Source: Octopus sinensis (taxonomy: Eukaryota). From it: a DNA stretch of 64,000 bases. The stretch covers positions 43,214,001 through 43,278,000 of the forward strand of contig NC_042997.1 in NCBI RefSeq assembly GCF_006345805.1, given 5' to 3'. The notes beneath the pieces were generated by a model. That model was not told where the DNA came from. It saw only the letters and a list, made by a program, of their open reading frames with translations, and made no database searches. Below are positions 56,110 through 64,000 of the stretch, one piece after another; the first letter of the stretch is position 1, and the number at the start of each line of letters is the position of its first letter. Both the position numbers and the translations under genes were made by a program.

Positions 56110-56526
56110 ATAAATATCAATTTTCTCTGTAGCTATATGCTTTTTTTGGAACTAAACGACTAGCCTATTTAACAGTAACTAACAGTTAAAGCATACAATT
56201 GTTTTATAGCAAAAATAATTAATTATGCTTATATAAATGTTATTCATTTGCTATTTGGTGTATTACAATAATTGCTTGGTATACATAAAATTCTGTACCA
56301 CCCAAGGATAATAATCTGTTAGCTATAGATGGTACACAGCCTGAACAAACATGTAAACTTGACTATATTGGATCTAAAAAGATTCTATAACATCGAAATT
56401 GTGATGTGTCAATTCTCAAACATATTACGGTTCCTCTAGTTTTAATCCAGAGTTAAGCAACAGAAATAGTAGACATTTTTATACGCAATTAAACAATATT
56501 CTCTTTCTCACTCTTTCTCTCTTTCA

Positions 56527-56576
56527 TGTATGTATGTATGTATGTATGTATGTATGTATGTATGTATGTATGTATG

Positions 56577-56611
<35 letters not shown>

Positions 56612-56634
56612 ACACACACACACACACACACACA

Positions 56635-56669
<35 letters not shown>

Positions 56670-56783
56670 AGTAGTTGAATGAATTATCCTAGTATGGATA
56701 ATTCGGTTAACCGATACCTGGGTAGCAAATTCACGTCGAGAATAAAGGAATTTTGTTAAATCGTCGTTCAACTCCATTCTTTC

Positions 56784-56855
<72 letters not shown>

Positions 56856-57022
56856 GGCATTATACATACATGCCAGAAGGCATTATAATGCCCTCTATAT
56901 ATAAATTAATATGTTCAATAAGAAATAATTATTTTCGAAATTTTTTCTCTTATGAGGTTTTCACGCTATCTACCTGACAATTTCTTGTTAAGTTTTCCTT
57001 ATTAAGTAGTTGTCCTTAATTG

Positions 57023-57095
<73 letters not shown>

Positions 57096-57113
57096 ATATA
57101 TATACATATATGC

Positions 57114-57148
<35 letters not shown>

Positions 57149-57208
57149 CATATATGCATATATATATAATATATATATATATAATATATATATATATATA
57201 TACATATA

Positions 57209-57287
<79 letters not shown>

Positions 57288-57312
57288 TTATACATATACA
57301 TATATATATATA
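56527..57312. repeat. (TATG)/(TA)/(CA) microsatellite field with short unique inserts
   Basis: Seen directly. Confidence 0.9.
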
Positions 57313-59487
57313 TGGATTTGGTCATGTAATACGAAACCCTGCCGATATCGAATGTGGTTATGTACGCACAAACACCTACAACAGGAAGAACACAACGGAA
57401 GGGAATGAGCAATATCCAGGAATGCACAGGGAAGAAGTAGGAAATATGAGTTCGGTTATGGACTGGCAAAGATGGAAGTGAACGGTTATACCCTTCTCTG
57501 GGCCTATCAGGCTTCCCTAAGTTTTAGATTTTGTTTGATCGATTATCTTTTAACAGAACTTGGGGTTCTTTCCCAAACAATATACAATGCCATCTATAAG
57601 AAATTATCTTTGGATATCAACAATACTACTGATGTTTTACACACACATTTTAACATTTTGGAATATTGATGGAATATTTTCATCGAAACAGGCTGTCTTA
57701 AGTGCAAGTGCACGCTGGGCAATTGCTAGGAGGCCTCACGGGTCTAGTGACCCAATTCTTATCTATGTAGGTTATGGCTTGCTGTCAATAAATTCTATAA
57801 GGGCCATTGCATTGATCTACTCGAAGGCCTATAATGCTGCTAAAACGGCTCTGAGACCTGATGTAGATATCTGAGATTTAAAAAAAAAACGGTGAGTATT
57901 GTTATGTATTAGCATGGACATTCGTTGCTCAATGGATATAAACATTTCAGTTAAAACATGTAAAAAAGAAAGAAAAACATTTTTGGATAATTACTTCGAA
58001 TCCTATATTTTTATTCAGATTAAAAATTTACATTTGTACCTTTGTTCGTTGGTGTTTTGGGATTAATTATTATTGTCTAAGCAACAGTCTTGTAAAGTTT
58101 AGGATCCCAGAATAGAAAAGAACTCGAGTTAATTTGAAAATTCACTTTATATGGGAAACAAAAAAATGCAAGGCTTTCTTAAAGTTTAGCATGTAATTAA
58201 ACACAGTTACTGACTCCTAAAATCAAATGACGCAATATTATTTCATAGGAATCAGCAACATTCCATATAGAATAAGTTTAAAATAATTAAAAATAGAAGT
58301 TACAAACATAATCAGTCAGTTCCCAGAGAAATGTGAGATATCTTACTTTCTATTTTTACGTTCGGATTTTTTTCTCTTTCTGATATCTTTGGTGCTAATG
58401 CTCCAGGGGTCAATTTGTCGTAAACAAATTTAATCGTTTGCCAACTTGACTTTATTTTTATAAACAAATGAACTTTGAGAGATTTTATCGGTGTTACACA
58501 TCACTTGTACACCCGATTACAATCTATTCAGTTCTGTTTTGTAGTATACTCACAGGAGATTAACTGATAAGAAACAATTAAATGTGCTATCAGTTACATT
58601 TTTTATACGTGATTAAACAGCGAAAATTTCAATAATACTCGCTCCATCGTTGAAATATTCATTTAGGTGAAATTTTTCGATTTTGTTTACACTGTGCGGG
58701 AATATCGTATGGAAAAAATATCCCTATTATTTCCTCTAATTTTCTCTCGGCCATTTATGTTCACAGAGAAATTTTACATTTCCATGGAAACAATATGGCA
58801 TAATTATATTTAATTTTCTTTCGTCAAATTAATCTCTTCTAAAACAAACAACACTGACCCATATTTCGTATCATTTCGTACAATAAGAGGGCGTAGTTTG
58901 ATTCGCTATCTTTAAATGGTTAAAACAAGTTCGCCTGGCAACAACAAGGTTTCGGGTTCGATCCTCCTGCGCTGAACCTTGGGTAAATGTTTTACTATAC
59001 CCTGTGAGTGGAATCTGGTAGACAGAAACCGTTCAGAAGCTCATTGTACAACCTGTACCGTTGTCGCCGATTGAACCATTTCACAGCAATTTAGATTCTG
59101 AGCGAGGAAGGTATGCAGGCATTAAACTGTATTAAAATGGCGAAGAGACACGTATCATGTCTACTGAAAGTCGAAGCCTGCCTGTGAGACTCAAACCCAC
59201 ATCTCTTGTAAACATGAGAGTCGTTCTACCATTGAACCAAAGCAATCCTTCGAATTTCTCTATTCATTTTAGAAACATCATTCTTATAAGCGAGAATTGT
59301 ATAGATATCTATACGCCTGCGTGTAAAGATATACATACGTACACACGTATACACACACGCGCGCACGCGCGCGCACACACACACAGATACACACACTCTG
59401 ACATAAGAGACACAAAGATGTGTATGCACGTTCACTTTCCTAACATATATGTCATTTTATGAATTTCAGTACCACCACAGGTACACA

Positions 59488-59522
59488 CGAGTGTGTGTGT
59501 GCCTGTGTGTGTGTGTGTGTGA

Positions 59523-59563
<41 letters not shown>

Positions 59564-59665
59564 CGTTCGTGTGCGTGTGTGCGTGTGTGTGTGTGCGTGC
59601 GCGTGCGTTCGTGTGTGTGTGTGTGTGCGTGCGTGCGTTCGTGTGCGTGTGTGTGTGTGTGTGTA
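59488..59665. repeat. (TG)n/(CGTG)n microsatellite
   Basis: Seen directly. Confidence 0.93.
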
Positions 59666-60188
59666 CACGGATCAAGGGGTGAGTTCTAATACGGAAAGTG
59701 ATTTGGAGGAATATCGTTATCGATAAGGTCAGGTTTGACGAAAGAACTTTGACTGCTCATTTGGTTTATTTACTGATTGTAACACTTAAAATAAAATACA
59801 GTCAACCCAACAATCTGTGTTAATGAGTTGGGCGGGGTGTGCATATCTTTCGCTAAAAGATGAAGTAAAAATGTAAAAAATATAGGCGAAAAACTTTATG
59901 CTCTTCGAAGAAAGACCTTAACATCGAGTTACAAACACGTCTTTGTTACTCTCGCCATTAGAAATGCAGTGAACTAGATGTGGCCCGTTGGGAACCTGCA
60001 CCCAGCGAGGATATTCTTTCTTTACTAATTGCGATACTAAAGAAAACAAAAGCTTGCGGCTTTTGTGCCTAAAATTCATATCATTTACGTAGTGAAAGTG
60101 AAATTAAATAAGATTTACATGACTGTGATAAAAAGATATTTGCTGCTACATCTAAACCAACCTTCTCATAATTTTGTTTATTTTAAAT

Positions 60189-61429
60189 TACGTGGGTTGT
60201 CCCGAAAATAATGCAAGACAACTTTTTTTTATTAATCAACATGGGTCGTTCAAATTGCCCGTGTTGGTAGACTAACTCTTTCTCTGTGCAAAGCTACAAC
60301 TGATCCTAGTTTCCACACAAACAATGGCTTTGTGCCCTCCTGGAACCCACCCCTTGAATACTCTTTGAAAACTATTGTATCCACTTCTTTATGGCTATTT
60401 TACCTCATCTATGCCATCAAATAGTTGCCTACAAAGACTGTCATTCATTGGACCAAACAGATGGACGTCAGAGGGCGCCAGATCCGGACTGTATGGTGGC
60501 TGAAGGACCAAAAACCAGCTCAGTTTACCGATTGCTCGATTTATGGTCAAAAATATGTGTGGTTACGCATTGTCATGGTGAATGTGGAACGTTTTCAGGT
60601 CGTTATTCAGTCTCTTTCTGGTAAGGGTTTCTCTAAGCTTTTTGAGTGTCTCTGTGTACAGTATAGCCACGTTCTAGAAAATCGAAGAGAATAACACCCT
60701 TGTCATCCCCAAAACAGTCGCCAATGATTTTCTGTATCGATCGCTAGCTCTTGAACTTCGGCCTTGGAGAAGGAATGTGAGGCCATTCCATGGACTGAGC
60801 TTCCGTTTCTCAGTCATAAAGACATGGCTACGTTTCGGAAAAAGATAACATCGCTTCATTGGCTTCAAATGCATCCAGTAGATCAGAACAGACTTTCAAC
60901 CGTATATCCTTCAACTCAGGTGTCAGCTGCCGAGGTACCCACTTCGCAAACACTTTCCTATTCCCCAAATCTTCCACTATCTTCTGTAATGTATTGTAAT
61001 TGCAATCTAGTTATGTAGCAAGCTCGCAGACTGTGACTCGTTTGTCCGCACTAATCATTTTGCCCGCTCACAGGCGATTCGGTTCATGGGCTGTCGTCGA
61101 TTGTCTCTCATTGCACTGTCTTCAATGCCCTTTTCGACTTGTTTGGATTTCTTCATCCGTCTGTACACATTGCTCTTGTCAATGCGTCATCTCCTTAAAC
61201 AACCATCAGCCTCACGTGGATGTCGGACAACTTGTACTTTTCCTTCATCAAGGATTCAATGATGGCACGCTGCCTTGGCTTAGAGCCCATTATTTGCCTA
61301 CAAAGAAGAAAAACGAAGAATTACTATTGAGGAAGAGTTACTCTACCAATATGTGTAATTTGGTCAACTTAGGTTAGTTAATAAAAAGGTAATACATATT
61401 TTTGCATTACTTTCGGTATGAGTTTCGTA
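60189..61429 (-). mobile_element. Decayed mariner element (~1.24 kb)
   Basis: TA flanks; degenerate TIRs CGTGGGTTGTCCCGAAAATAATGCAA / TTGCATTACTTTCGGTATGAGTTTCG; RKSLATV(F/L) remnant of the KxMATVFWD motif. Confidence 0.7.
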
Positions 61430-61510
61430 CATGGAGAGATTTTCATTCTAAAAATGCATTGTTTATCATTTTATAATTTTTCTCAAGTTGTTATTGTTGT
61501 TGTTGTTATC

Positions 61511-61748
61511 AAGGTGGCGAGTTGGCAGAATCGTTAGCGCGCTGGAGGAAATACTTAACAGTATTTCGTCCGTCGCTACGTTCTGACTTCAAATTCCGCC
61601 GAGATCGACTTTGCCTGTCATCCTTTCGTGATCGATAAAATAAGTACCAGTCGAACATTGGGGTCGATGTAATCGTCTTAACTCCTCCTCCAAAATTTCA
61701 GGACTTGTACCTATAGTAGAAAGGATTATTAATATTATTATCTCTGTC

Positions 61749-61816
<68 letters not shown>

Positions 61817-62035
61817 GGCGGCGAGCTGGCAGAATCGTTAGCACGCCGGACAAAATGCTTAGCGGCATTTTGTTCATCTTTATGTTCTGAGTTCAAATGC
61901 CGACGAGGTTCATCTTTATGTTTTCTGTTCAAATGCCGACAGAGATGATAAATTGAGTAACCAATCACGTACTATGATTGATGTTATTGACTAACTCTGT
62001 CCCCTCAAATCTCAAGTTTTGGCCTTATGTTTGAA
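61511..62035 (+). mobile_element. Two SINE family C copies separated by (ATT)n
   Basis: AAGG(T/C)GGCGAG(T/C)TGGCAGAATCGTTAGC heads at 61511 and 61815. Confidence 0.82.
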
Positions 62036-62282
62036 ATAATTAGTATATTAGGGCAGTAGACCGGCAGAATCAAAAGAACGCCTGATAAAATGCCTCGCTT
62101 TATTTGTCTGCTTCGTTACATTTTATGTTGAAATCCCATTTGTGACCAATAAAAGAAACTTTTATTTGTTTTGCCAAAGAACTGTCAAAATTTTTATAGA
62201 ATTATTGAAAATCATCAAATGTTTTGACCTATTCTGAGGTTTCAGGCCATTGTGATCTTGAATCTTAATGAATGGTCAACAT

Positions 62283-62699
62283 AGGCGCAGGAGTGGCTGT
62301 GTGGTAAGTAGCTTGCTAACCAACCACATGGTTCCGGGTTCAGTCCCACTGCGTGGCATCTTGGGCAAGTGTCTTCTGCTATAGCCCCGGGCCGACCAAT
62401 GCCTTGTGAGTGGATTTGGTAGACGGAAACTGAAAGAAGCCTGTCGTATATATGTATATATATATATATGTGTGTATGTGTGTGTGTGTTTGTGTGTGTG
62501 AGTTTGTCCCCCTAGCATTGCTTGACAACCGATGCTGGTGTATTTACGTCCCCGTCACTTAGCGGTTCAGCAAAAGAGACCGATAGAATAAGTACTGGGC
62601 TTACAAAGAATAAGTCCCGGGGTCGATTTGCTCAACTAAAGGTGGTGCTCCAGCATGGCCGCAGTCAAATGACTGAAACAAGTAAAAGAGTAAAAGAGT
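62283..62699 (+). mobile_element. SINE family B
   Basis: Full-length homology. Confidence 0.9.
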
Positions 62700-62999
62700 A
62701 TATGTATTTAATTATTCAGTCTGTCGTAACGAATCTAGAATAGCATATTTATGATTTAAGCCGTTGACTGTTATCCTCGATTTTTAAAAATCAGCAATGC
62801 TATGTATGTAGACAAGGAGTATTATGGCAGTTACATGCAGGGCAGTGAATTGGTAGAATCAAAGAATACCGGACAAAATACCTTGTGAATTTCTTCTGGT
62901 TTTAAACGTTCTGAAGGAGTTCAAATCCTGCTGAGGCCAATTAGCTTTCCATCCGTACAGAGACGATTAAACAGTACCAGTGAAATTCGGTGATTGATG

Positions 63000-63605
63000 T
63001 GTAATGGCGGATATTTATTTGTAAACATTATTATGAAATGTCGATGGAGGCAGCGGTAACGATATAAATGAGTTGTTTGTGTCCTCTTCATTGTTTAGTA
63101 GCAATTGCGGAGACAGATAGAATGATGTTGTCAGAGAACAGAATTAGAGCTAGAGAGAATTGTAGGGTCTTGTCTCACAGTTGCTTTTTCCCTTTGACCA
63201 AGGTTCTAGCTGGTCAGCCAGTCTTCGTTGAGTCGTCACGAGCTGCCTCGGTCAGTTGTCGACAAGTATCTAACTCCGTTGAGTCGTCACGACTGTGACG
63301 AACTGATTTTAGCTTGAAGTATTCTTGCTTTTATAACTATCCAGAAGGATAGATATATCATTGAGAACACTAGATTTAGTTAGTGGTCTTGTTTTCTCTA
63401 TTTCTAGCTTTTGGTGGAGTAGAAGAGGTTAGAGGGGGTCAAGTAGTGAAGACATTACTTCGGCCTAGCTAAAGGCATCTAGAAAATGTCATACTGCTGT
63501 CAGAGAAAAACCATTGTTCCACCGTGGGAACAGTTCTGTTGTAGCGTTAATTTAAATTTGGCTATGGTGGATCGAATCCGCTTCATGCTTGCAAGATTCA
63601 CTACA
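63000..63605 (-). mobile_element. Solo LTR (606 bp) inserted in a degraded SINE family C
   Basis: TG...CA, TSD GATG 62996-62999/63606-63609; removing it restores the SINE C motif GATGTAATCGA; AATAAA on minus ~63015-63020. Confidence 0.75.
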
Positions 63606-63904
63606 GATGTAATCGATTATTCCACTCTTCTCAAAACTGTTGGTGTCTACATAATTTACGAACAATTATAATAGTTACAATTCAAAAAACAGCATACTGT
63701 CATATAGGGTGGACCTGCAACAGTCCAGTTCGCTTATCTGTGCAGCGGCATGACAAGATAGATGCTATCGTTTAAAACAGACATAGCATTGTATATGTGA
63801 CGAATGTCTGTCACTTTGTATTTACGACGTCAAATCCAAATCCTACGACTCGCAGTTTCGCAAGAGATAAGTCCTACCACACTGACTGGTCGCGTGCAGA
63901 CACA

Positions 63905-63952
<48 letters not shown>

Positions 63953-64000
63953 CAGTGGCGACTCTGGCACTCGGGCTGTTCGGGCTAATCTCCAGTATAA

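Overview
AT-rich, repeat-dominated eukaryotic DNA. The SINE families and microsatellite load look cephalopod, probably Octopus (inference from recall, not searched). One host gene can be assembled on the minus strand from four exons with canonical splice sites and compatible phases (49241-48822, 14908-14744, 13593-13362, 12358-12143). It encodes a probably secreted Cys-rich/EGF-like protein, has a ~33.9 kb first intron and continues beyond the last exon found. Much of the rest is transposon-derived: three tRNA-derived SINE families, a decayed hAT, two Tc1/mariner relics, Tx1/L1, RTE and CR1 LINE relics, five solo LTRs with 4-bp TSDs, a decayed Rep/Hel Helitron plus four non-autonomous Helitrons, MITEs and a cluster of Penelope-like elements (PLEs) in (TA)n. 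The most unusual structures are: (1) a ~3.55 kb near-perfect palindrome with a 1-nt centre at 39153, made of two divergent PLE GIY-YIG arms, each carrying an intact-looking hammerhead ribozyme; (2) a 43-copy in-frame 15-bp amplification of the hAT CxxH-motif segment; (3) two distinct GG...CC, 8-bp-TSD MITE families that both carry internal TTAGGG arrays. Most long ORFs in the track are microsatellite artefacts. All calls were made by eye, without database searches.
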